This document shows, piece by piece, positions 18,120-25,728 of a stretch of 64,000 bases of DNA (the first letter of the stretch is position 1; each line of letters begins with the position of its first letter). A program made the position numbers and the translations under genes. The stretch is taken from the IMG/VR virus record IMGVR_UViG_3300027974_000032, positions 11,015 through 75,014 of that record; one strand, written 5' to 3'. The DNA is from a virus. The notes under the pieces are model-generated. The model made no database searches, had not been told where the DNA came from, and was given only the letters and a program-made list of their open reading frames with translations.

Positions 18120-18854
18120 CTACTGGTAGTTTTTTCTTTGCCACGTAGTTTTCTTGTAGTGTCCTGTTACGTGTGACCTTCTTTTTTCTTCTTTTACCTT
18201 GTTCTCCCAGAAATATTTTTCTGAGTAATCAATATTGAGTTCCCAATCATCCCTTTTAATTGGAATCATCTGGAATAGAGGGGTTCCCTTTTTAATTGTA
18301 CCCTCGAACCCACGCTTTAAAAAGAATGTCATGAAAACTGGTAGTCCCCATATATCACTATCAACAATTCCTGTTGGGCTATAAAATGGTAAATCCCAAC
18401 GATTATGTGGATGAGTAATCATCAATGAGTATCCTGGTGGTGTTTCATAGTACCAACTCATCTTCCATCCAAAGTGTATTGGGTAGCAATCTCTTGGAAT
18501 GGGAAAATCAACAATTGGTCTTGTATCTACAACAGCATTAGGAGATTCCCACAAAAGAGATGGCTTTCCGTCTTTGTCTACTGTAACCTCAACATCTTCT
18601 GATAGAGTCTGCATATATCCAGATAGCATTGAATCTAATAGAGGCACACAAAGTTTTGTAGATACATCAGATCCATCCTGACCACGATCATTTACTGGGT
18701 ATAAATGTCTTATACTATGACTAGAAGCACCATTGTAACTTGCAAGATCTTTATACCAGTCTGGAAGAACTGAAGATGCTTTTACTGGTGGGCTTTTGTA
18801 CATTGGAGTGTTTTCATCCATTGACGATGGGCCAAAAGTTATTTTATTTGTCAT
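18120..18854 (-). CDS. conserved phage protein, dUTPase-like beta-clip fold suspected
   Basis: K.CVP.LD.M..GY, TPPGYS..ITHP.NR.DLPF, GIVDSD, IKKGTP.FQ.IP.KR. Confidence 0.55.
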   Translation of the reverse strand: MTNKITFGPSSMDENTPMYKSPPVKASSVLPDWYKDLASYNGASSHSIRHLYPVNDRGQDGSDVSTKLCVPLLDSMLSGYMQTLSEDVEVTVDKDGKPSLLWESPNAVVDTRPIVDFPIPRDCYPIHFGWKMSWYYETPPGYSLMITHPHNRWDLPFYSPTGIVDSDIWGLPVFMTFFLKRGFEGTIKKGTPLFQMIPIKRDDWELNIDYSEKYFWENKVKEEKRRSHVTGHYKKTTWQRKNYQ

Positions 18855-19509
18855 ACTCTTTTATCAACTCTCTAACTACTAGTTCATCTTTTATTATAAC
18901 ATCACAAATATTTGAACCTACTTCAATAATACCATAGGTATCACCATGGTACTCTTGAATATAGTCAGAGTCATTCTTAATTGCAAAATGAAACCAGTCA
19001 ACATTCCAAATAGGCTCATCCCTTAGTTTTTCAAATCTAACAGAATCGCTGATCATTCTAAATGGTGAATCACTTATCTCACGAATAGAACAAGTGATAT
19101 TTTTGTCTATAATCCAAGGTACATAGAATTTATACAAGGCATTAAAACAATCGTTGGGTGCTTCCACTTGATAGTCTGAAGGATAGAACTGTCTTTGCCA
19201 TGTCTTATCTAATGCATAAAGACCATGATCCATTTGCTCTAACCATACCTCTGCATGAGTTTTATATCTTAACACAGCAAAGTTGCCTTCTAAAATAAGT
19301 TCTGGTCTTGGGTAAAAGTGCATTGCATAACAGTTTACTGGCTTTAGTATTGAGTTAGAATATTTTGTGTCATGAACAAATGTAGAGTGTCCCCAATGAG
19401 GAGGTAGTTGAAAGTTTTGATTAGTTATCTCAGAGAAGGAATCGTGCTCACAGTTGACCCAATACTTTGAGCCTATCCTACCACGATTCACTTCATCTGA
19501 AATCTCCAT
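18844..19509 (-). CDS. hypothetical protein
   Basis: 221 aa ORF overlapping its neighbour. Confidence 0.7.
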   Translation of the reverse strand: MEISDEVNRGRIGSKYWVNCEHDSFSEITNQNFQLPPHWGHSTFVHDTKYSNSILKPVNCYAMHFYPRPELILEGNFAVLRYKTHAEVWLEQMDHGLYALDKTWQRQFYPSDYQVEAPNDCFNALYKFYVPWIIDKNITCSIREISDSPFRMISDSVRFEKLRDEPIWNVDWFHFAIKNDSDYIQEYHGDTYGIIEVGSNICDVIIKDELVVRELIKEYDK

Positions 19510-19513
19510 AATA

Positions 19514-20284
19514 TTAAATCTTTGGCTTTACAATTCCTGGAGCAATTCTAGTCGTTGTCCACATTGCTGCAACTGCAGCAGTTGCTGATGATGATGAGTG
19601 CGCTACAAGACCAAACAGTTGTGTAGAGTATGCCCATTTTGATCCATCATCAGTTAATTTTACAAAGTAATCTGTATTAGCATCTGACCAAGCAAGTGGA
19701 TTGCCCTTGTCATCTGCATGTGCAACTGCAGTAATCTCTGCAATACATCCAGGATATGTAACTGCAGCATTTTTTGCATTTCCAGATGAAGCAAAAACTA
19801 ATATTCCTTGTGCCTTTAAAGAAGCAATAATGCTACGAATTTCTTTATCTGCAGTTTCTGGTGTCCATGGAGCAGATGCAGTTGGCATACACGGCTTTGA
19901 AGCATGATTAAAATATCGTGAAAAAGATACAGCAGCAATCTGTGATGAATTAGCCTTTACCCAATTCATTGCAGTAATAAACATTGCTGGAGTCATATCT
20001 GCTGTTGCCGAAGCACCGCATAGTGCAATAATCTTTAATGATGGATTTTGAAGTTTTGCAACTGCATACATACTATTACCATGATTATATGGATCTGATG
20101 ATGATGCATTTTTGATTGGTGCAGAAACTTTACAAGGAGTCCCTTGCGGAGTGATAGCATCTGATGTAACTCGTGTATCAAAGTAACTGTCAATAATAAC
20201 AAGAGCCTTTGAATCTGCTGCTTGTGATTGAACTGGAACTACTACTGAAAACAATACTGCAATTAATGCGATTAACTTTTTCAT
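19514..20284 (-). CDS. secreted subtilisin-like (S8) peptidase; start refined to ATG 20284
   Basis: Signal peptide MKKLIALIAVLFS...SQA; IIDS (Asp), HGNSM (His), SSGN (oxyanion), SSSATAAVAA (Ser). Confidence 0.7.
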   Translation of the reverse strand: MKKLIALIAVLFSVVVPVQSQAADSKALVIIDSYFDTRVTSDAITPQGTPCKVSAPIKNASSSDPYNHGNSMYAVAKLQNPSLKIIALCGASATADMTPAMFITAMNWVKANSSQIAAVSFSRYFNHASKPCMPTASAPWTPETADKEIRSIIASLKAQGILVFASSGNAKNAAVTYPGCIAEITAVAHADDKGNPLAWSDANTDYFVKLTDDGSKWAYSTQLFGLVAHSSSSATAAVAAMWTTTRIAPGIVKPKI

Positions 20285-20286
20285 AT

Positions 20287-20508
20287 TTACATACCCTTTA
20301 TCTTGATTACTAGTTGACATGGGTCGCCACCTGCTTCCCACTCTTCTTGCTCTTCTTCTGTCATGTAAGGATCTCCTTCATGAGTATTACAGAACGGTTC
20401 TGTGATCCATCCCCGCTCAATTCCATTTTCAAGCCAAATCTCAAACTCATTAAAGTCTGACTCTGTATCTTGAATATCCTTTAAAATTTCATCAAATTCT
20501 TCGCTCAT
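20287..20508 (-). CDS. small acidic hypothetical protein
   Basis: W...G..RGWI..PFC.TH.G.P....E..W..GGDPC. Confidence 0.75.
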   Translation of the reverse strand: MSEEFDEILKDIQDTESDFNEFEIWLENGIERGWITEPFCNTHEGDPYMTEEEQEEWEAGGDPCQLVIKIKGM

Positions 20509-20514
20509 ATAATA

Positions 20515-20543
20515 AGTATACTACTAAGCGCTGACTACGTCAA
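20515..20543 (-). promoter_or_regulatory. SigA-type promoter for a leaderless transcript
   Basis: TTGACG-17-TATACT-6 nt-ATG(20508). Confidence 0.75.
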
Positions 20544-21048
20544 CTGGGCCCATGCAAGATGGATTGAATTTAATTGCAGCAGAAACTGCAGAGACAACAC
20601 GATTTCTAGCATTTTTTTGTTTATCTGTTGCATATAAAACTCCGTAAGCATATTCTGCTCCAGACCCCATAGCAAGATATGGCAATGTATATTTAGATAA
20701 AGACATATCTGCAGAACTGTGTTCGTATATCTCGCCACGTACTGCAATTAGTAAACCAAGATCACCATCTTTTGATGTATCAACCCAAAACTCATTATAA
20801 AACTCTTTGAGTTCTTTAATAAATCTAGTTTGCATAAACTTATCTGTATCTTTAATGTTTGGGGCAGATGGTTTAAAGTTATACCTAATTCTTTCACCAT
20901 CCATTGCGCCAGCATATCCAATTAGATATGGACCAATTTTCCAAACCTTTGGTGCGTCTAATGCAAGAATCGTTCCATCATCTGAGGCACCACGATCTCC
21001 TGCCATATAGACTTTATCTTCATGACGGACTACAGCAATACATGTCAC
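20524..21048 (-). CDS. HslV/proteasome beta-subunit-like Ntn hydrolase
   Basis: M-T-C-I-A (Thr1 nucleophile), MAGD, KVW, IGYAG, AMGSG..YA.G. Confidence 0.85.
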   Translation of the reverse strand: MTCIAVVRHEDKVYMAGDRGASDDGTILALDAPKVWKIGPYLIGYAGAMDGERIRYNFKPSAPNIKDTDKFMQTRFIKELKEFYNEFWVDTSKDGDLGLLIAVRGEIYEHSSADMSLSKYTLPYLAMGSGAEYAYGVLYATDKQKNARNRVVSAVSAAIKFNPSCMGPVDVVSA

Positions 21049-21060
21049 TTATAGTTTTCC

Positions 21061-21753
21061 TTACAGAATCTTTGGAAGTGGGAAATAGTGTTGCTCCCAG
21101 AAATCTTCATGATCTTGAAGATCAGCATCTAAAAATGCTTCCTGAGTTAGAATTCGCATTGGCAAAACATCATAAGCAATTGTAATTCTTTCGCCTTCCC
21201 ATGCCCAATCTCCCATTGCATGAGGATAGCCAATTAATGAAAGTATTGCACGGTTATTCTTGTTATGATTAATCTTTTCTTGATCATCAATCATGTAATG
21301 TGTTTGAGAAGGTTCTGCGTTTACAGAATAGTAGCCATGAAATGCTGGTACCTTAAAGTTTGGATCTAGATGATCATGCCAATCTAGTTTGCCACCCTTC
21401 GCTGTGCTATTAATATTAAACCATGCCTGTGCAACCCACTGCTCACTATTATAATCAATTTCATAATACTTACATGCTTCTCTTGTCATATCAACAACTG
21501 CAGAGTATAGTTCATGCATGAAAGGATAGTACATTTGAAAAGCATTGTACTCTCTTGACTTTTGAGTAGAAACTGATTTTGAGTATGTAAAAATATCTAA
21601 AGTGTCACTATGTGGAGCAATCCCACGCATCTCACATTTTGCAATTCTTTCATATTCAAATTTTAAAGTGTCTGTTACATTTTTTAAATCAAGATCTAAA
21701 TCTCTTGTAAAAAACTTTTGTGGTTTGCTATTTTTGTCAAATGGTTGATTCAT
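21061..21753 (-). CDS. 2OG-Fe(II) oxygenase-like protein, paralog of 17416-18081
   Basis: WFNIN, GKLDWHDH, FHGYY, NHNKNNR, PHA.GDW.W.G.RIT.AYD. Confidence 0.75.
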   Translation of the reverse strand: MNQPFDKNSKPQKFFTRDLDLDLKNVTDTLKFEYERIAKCEMRGIAPHSDTLDIFTYSKSVSTQKSREYNAFQMYYPFMHELYSAVVDMTREACKYYEIDYNSEQWVAQAWFNINSTAKGGKLDWHDHLDPNFKVPAFHGYYSVNAEPSQTHYMIDDQEKINHNKNNRAILSLIGYPHAMGDWAWEGERITIAYDVLPMRILTQEAFLDADLQDHEDFWEQHYFPLPKIL

Positions 21754-21808
21754 GACTAACCCCTTCTAGGCTCTATATAAGTATACCATTACCTAGAAGG
21801 GGAGTCAA
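21753..21808 (-). promoter_or_regulatory. promoter nested in an inverted repeat that covers the RBS
   Basis: TTGACT-17-TATACT (TGG extension); arms CCCCTTCTAGG 21760-21770 / CCTAGAAGGGG 21792-21802. Confidence 0.75.
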
Positions 21809-21825
21809 TTAAGCGTTAATAATGA

Positions 21826-22110
21826 TTAATTAGCCTTCTTGTCTACCGTCTTAAACGCATCATTGATTTCTGCCAATGTGAGTTTGCCATCGTCCAAAAA
21901 ATATCTTGCCAATTTTTCAACTACAGTTGCAACACCTAATAGTCCTGCTAAGCATACTGCCTGAACTGTATCAATTCCAACTACTGCTCCAGCACCAAGT
22001 ACTGAGAGACCAGATGCTGCGAACACTGCTACAATTCTCATTAAAACATTTGTTAGGGCCTTTTGTGGGTGCTCTTTCTTTGGAGCCTCTACTACCTTTT
22101 TAGTTGCCAT
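21826..22110 (-). CDS. small 2-TM membrane protein (holin-like); start refined to 22110
   Basis: Two TM segments, C-terminal DDGKLT..EI; GGAGG RBS. Confidence 0.65.
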   Translation of the reverse strand: MATKKVVEAPKKEHPQKALTNVLMRIVAVFAASGLSVLGAGAVVGIDTVQAVCLAGLLGVATVVEKLARYFLDDGKLTLAEINDAFKTVDKKAN

Positions 22111-22112
22111 AT

Positions 22113-22340
22113 TTAGTCCTCCTTTCTTAGCGGGATTGTAACTAGCCATATAATTGTTACTGCAAGAACTGCAATACCAACAATATCTCTTGCTGATCCC
22201 GTCAAAGTTAGCCATGCGATAAAGAAGCCAAGGAGGGTGAATGCCTGTGCAATTAATTCCATTCCTGCGTCTTTAAACCATTTGATTAATCCCTTGAGCA
22301 TTTTGCCTACCAGGTTGATGGCTTTATTGATTATTTTCAT
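22113..22340 (-). CDS. small membrane protein
   Basis: Two TM helices; AGGAGG RBS. Confidence 0.7.
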   Translation of the reverse strand: MKIINKAINLVGKMLKGLIKWFKDAGMELIAQAFTLLGFFIAWLTLTGSARDIVGIAVLAVTIIWLVTIPLRKED

Positions 22341-24442
22341 TTGTTCCTCCTTATCATTGCCCCTGCAATTTGTGACACTATGATCACTGGGACAACTACT
22401 TCCTGTGCTTTTTCTCTCTGATCGTCTGTCATATCCATACCTAATTCAGAGAAATTAGATAGGAGTTCTATTGGATCCACCGCAAAAACTGCTCCAAGTG
22501 GGTCTGCTAAGAATGCTTCTGTTTGTACTTCTGTTACTGCATCTGCTAATGTAAATGGCATTGGGGTTTCTCCTGCATCCCCTGCTCTTTCTGAGAACTC
22601 AACAAATGCTGAAGCAAGTGCTGGGTTAGACTTCATCTGCTCAGCAATTTGTGCAACTTCTGAAGTCTTGATACCAAGATCGCTTGCTACCTCTGCCTTT
22701 GCCTCTTGTGTCAATGCTCTAAGGGTTTGGCTAACTGCTGTGATTTGTTCTGCAGAAAGTTTAACTAACTTGTTATCCTTGCTTGTGAGGTTGGCAATAA
22801 CTCCAGATAGATCCTCTGAAGTTCCAGTTCCTTTTTCAGGAATAAGTGCTGCTAAAACTGCATCTTTAATTTCTACATCTGGTGTAGTCCAAGGGTTCTC
22901 TTCTGGCTTTGGGTCTGGTCCTGGTCCTGGAGAAGGCTCTGGTGTAGGGTCAACAATTGGGTCTGGGCTTGGCTCAGGAGTTGGTGGTTCCTCTGGGGTA
23001 GGCTCAGGTGTAGGCTGGTCTGTAGGGTCCACCGTAGGCTCTGGAGAAGGCTCTGGTGTAGGAGGCTCTTCTGCTGTAGGTTCTGGGCTTGGTTCTGGAG
23101 TAGGTGGTTCCTCAGCAGTTGGTTCTGGTGAAGGCTCTGGTGTGGGGGCAACAGTTGGTTCTGGATCTGGGCTGGCCTCTGGGGTAGGCTGATTGGCTGC
23201 AGCATTGGCTGCTGCTTGAGCAATGGCAGATTGAATTTCTCTTTGTGACTGCTCGTCATAGTAACGCCATGAGTTATCAATTGCACTGTTAACATTATTA
23301 ATTGCTTGTTCATATGCGTCAATAGCATTATTTTTATTTTGTAATGCCGTTGCAACATTCAAAACTGAATTATTATATTCAGTTGTTTTATTAGTTAAGG
23401 TTTGATTGTAACCATTTAATGTTGAAACTGCTTGGTTATAAACATTTAGTTTATCATTGTAAACATCTTGGGCTGCGTTCTTTGCAGCGAGTGCACTGTT
23501 GTAGTCGTTGGTCTGTTCTTGAGTTGCTCCAGATCCAGAAGAAAATGTGTTTAAATTACAACTAAAGTTTTGTCCCCATACTCTTGGATTTCCAGCATAG
23601 TCACAACCTGCTCCAGTCCATCCTCCAGGAATTCCCCATCCAAGATGATAGGATCCTGGTCCTCCACCGTTGTACCACCAAATCTCTACATCAAAAACTT
23701 TATCGCTTGTTACATCATATACAGGAGAATAAGCACTCCAAGTTGTTCCTTGCTCCCGCCAATTATTAATGGCAAGTTCTCCATCAATGTACATTCTAAA
23801 ACCATCATCTGTATATCCTGCAAAATATGCTTGTGTAAACCATGAAGGAACTGTTATCTGTCCAGTAAACTTAACAATGAAATTGCTATACCGATTTCCA
23901 CAAACTGGCAGTTGCATATAGTTTGAATTCCAGGTACCACTACATAGCAGTTGATCTGTGGCTGCTTGTCCATTAACTCTAATTAAACTATAAACATCAT
24001 ATTGTAGTCCTGCTCCACCAGCATTATTTAAGGCTTGCTGGGCTGTTTGTAGATTAATATTGGTTATACCAAGGGCATCATAGGCATCATTCTTATTCTC
24101 TAAGGCAATGGCTACCTCTGCTGTTTGTTCATCTAATGCTGATTGGGCTAATTCTTTTTCTTCAAGTGCCGTGGCTTTTGCATCAAGGGAATCATTATAT
24201 AGGTCTGAGGTTTGTGTCTGGGTTTCTTTTGCAGATACTGCAAGGGCATATTTATCTTCTGCCTCTTGAATTAAAGATATGAATTCATCTTGGTATCCAA
24301 GGTCATCTACGCTGTCATTAAGTGCCTGGATTTCTTGGGCTGCAACTGTGAGTGGATCATCAGAGTGTGCACCTTCTGGGGACATAAGAAGCCAACCAAA
24401 TGCTAACATTGTGGCTGCTACTATTCTTATTAGTTTTTTAAT
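22337..24442 (-). CDS. exported PA14-domain protein with coiled coils, Pro/Glu/Thr-rich stalk and C-terminal anchor; probable ATT start at 24442 (first ATG at 24409)
   Basis: F.V.FTG.I.VP...TDDG.RMYIDG...INNW..QG...WYNGGG (PA14); signal peptide KKLIRIVAATMLAFGWLLMSPEGAHS; C-terminal VVVPVIIVSQIAGAMIRR. Confidence 0.85.
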   Translation of the reverse strand: MKKLIRIVAATMLAFGWLLMSPEGAHSDDPLTVAAQEIQALNDSVDDLGYQDEFISLIQEAEDKYALAVSAKETQTQTSDLYNDSLDAKATALEEKELAQSALDEQTAEVAIALENKNDAYDALGITNINLQTAQQALNNAGGAGLQYDVYSLIRVNGQAATDQLLCSGTWNSNYMQLPVCGNRYSNFIVKFTGQITVPSWFTQAYFAGYTDDGFRMYIDGELAINNWREQGTTWSAYSPVYDVTSDKVFDVEIWWYNGGGPGSYHLGWGIPGGWTGAGCDYAGNPRVWGQNFSCNLNTFSSGSGATQEQTNDYNSALAAKNAAQDVYNDKLNVYNQAVSTLNGYNQTLTNKTTEYNNSVLNVATALQNKNNAIDAYEQAINNVNSAIDNSWRYYDEQSQREIQSAIAQAAANAAANQPTPEASPDPEPTVAPTPEPSPEPTAEEPPTPEPSPEPTAEEPPTPEPSPEPTVDPTDQPTPEPTPEEPPTPEPSPDPIVDPTPEPSPGPGPDPKPEENPWTTPDVEIKDAVLAALIPEKGTGTSEDLSGVIANLTSKDNKLVKLSAEQITAVSQTLRALTQEAKAEVASDLGIKTSEVAQIAEQMKSNPALASAFVEFSERAGDAGETPMPFTLADAVTEVQTEAFLADPLGAVFAVDPIELLSNFSELGMDMTDDQREKAQEVVVPVIIVSQIAGAMIRRNK
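22900..23190 (-). repeat. degenerate coding tandem repeat (PTPEPSPEPTAEEP)n, ~42-nt unit
   Basis: About 5-6 imperfect copies in the protein translation. Confidence 0.85.
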
Positions 24443-24480
24443 TACCTTTCCCCCTTGCAGACAAGATGTCTGTTAGGATG

Positions 24481-24489
24481 ATTATACCA
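24481..24489 (-). promoter_or_regulatory. extended -10 promoter for the PA14 gene
   Basis: TGG-TATAAT just downstream of a terminator. Confidence 0.7.
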
Positions 24490-24500
24490 TTTTATTGCAC

Positions 24501-24533
24501 AAAAAAGGGGACTAGCACTCAGCCAATCCCCTT
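24501..24533 (-). terminator. intrinsic terminator after the S-layer-like gene
   Basis: AAGGGGAUUGGC-ugagu-GCUAGUCCCCUU followed by a U run. Confidence 0.85.
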
Positions 24534-24547
24534 AGTTGTTGGACTAA

Positions 24548-25708
24548 TTACTTAATGTAAGTAACCTTTGCCTTTGGATTCTTTGCATTCCACTTCTTTG
24601 CAAGTGCATTGAAAGCATCCTTGATTGACTTAAGTGCAGCAGCATTATCTGCTGTTAACTTAGCGATAGTTGCATCCTTAGCAAGGACAACTGCATCTGA
24701 AGCAGTCTTTGCATCAGCAAGTGCCTTAGCAGAAGCAGCCTTCTCAGCAGCAAGTGCTGTAGCAGAAGCAGCCTTCTCTGCTGCAAGAGCAGCATCTGAA
24801 GCAACCTTAGCAGCAGCAGCATCTGCAGCAGCCTTAACGACTGCAGCATCTGAAATTGCCTTAGCAGCAAGTGCTGCATCCTTAGCAGCAGTCTGTGCTG
24901 CAAGTTCTGAAACTAGATCACGAACTGTGATTTCTGCAAACGGTGCAAGTGCACGAGCAGGTAGACCAACTACATCAGCAGTTGTTGCATCAGATGATGT
25001 TGTAGGTGAGAATGTGATTAGCGATCTTGTTCCAGTTGCTGGAAGTGTTGCAGTAAACTTTGCAACTCCAAAATCTGAAAGTGTGGCACCAGTTGTAACT
25101 GTTGCTGTATCAACTGTTGCTGTTGCAGCAAAAATTGTTGCAGTAATTGACTTGCCAGAAACCTTGTTACCAAATGTGTCTGTTGCAGTCACTGAGATAT
25201 CTTGCTTTGTACCAGCAGCACCAGCAGCAGGAGCAGATACTGTAAGAGTATTAATCTTACCAGCAGTTCCCTGTACGTAGTATGTAAGTTGTGTTCCACC
25301 ATTAGTGATTACAACTGTACCAATTGCTGTTGTCTTTGTGTAGACATAAAATGTTGCTGTTGTTCCTGTACCAGTGGCAATTGTCAAAGATGATGATCCT
25401 GATGTTGCTCCTACTGGTGCAGCAGTTGTGTGTAGTGCAGACACGATTGTTGCATTTGTTGCTACGACTGAAACGCTTGTTCCAACATCGACTGTTGCAA
25501 TAAACTTTAGTGCGTCAGCAGCGTCAACTGTATTGTCTGCAGGTACTGGCAATGATGCAGGCGTTGCGATTGCTGAGTTTGTAGTGTTTGCTACAGAGTC
25601 AAGCGATACAGCGACTGTCATTACAGCAGCACTTGCAGGTGTTGCTACCATTGTGCCCAAAGTCATGGCTGCAACCATGGCTAGTGCGATTTTCTTAAAT
25701 GAGTTCAT
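24548..25708 (-). CDS. secreted Ala/Thr-rich S-layer-like/surface protein
   Basis: Signal peptide MNSFKKIALAMVAAMTLG...PASA; Ig-like beta-rich body; Ala/Lys coiled coil; own promoter and terminator. Confidence 0.7.
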   Translation of the reverse strand: MNSFKKIALAMVAAMTLGTMVATPASAAVMTVAVSLDSVANTTNSAIATPASLPVPADNTVDAADALKFIATVDVGTSVSVVATNATIVSALHTTAAPVGATSGSSSLTIATGTGTTATFYVYTKTTAIGTVVITNGGTQLTYYVQGTAGKINTLTVSAPAAGAAGTKQDISVTATDTFGNKVSGKSITATIFAATATVDTATVTTGATLSDFGVAKFTATLPATGTRSLITFSPTTSSDATTADVVGLPARALAPFAEITVRDLVSELAAQTAAKDAALAAKAISDAAVVKAAADAAAAKVASDAALAAEKAASATALAAEKAASAKALADAKTASDAVVLAKDATIAKLTADNAAALKSIKDAFNALAKKWNAKNPKAKVTYIK

Positions 25709-25728
25709 TTAATTTATTCCTTTTCTTA

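Noticed and set aside
22900-23190. Tandem repeats as a CRISPR array or DGR template
   Set aside because: In-frame coding repeats with synonymous variation; no spacers and no reverse transcriptase
22668-23358. 174-aa (+) Gly/Ser-rich and 161-aa (-) Gln/Leu-rich ORFs
   Set aside because: Antisense and alternate-frame readings of the Pro-rich repeat
24609-25712. Long + strand ORFs (223 aa, 112 aa) antisense to the S-layer-like gene
   Set aside because: Shadow frames produced by biased Ala/Thr codons; no RBS or recognisable motifs
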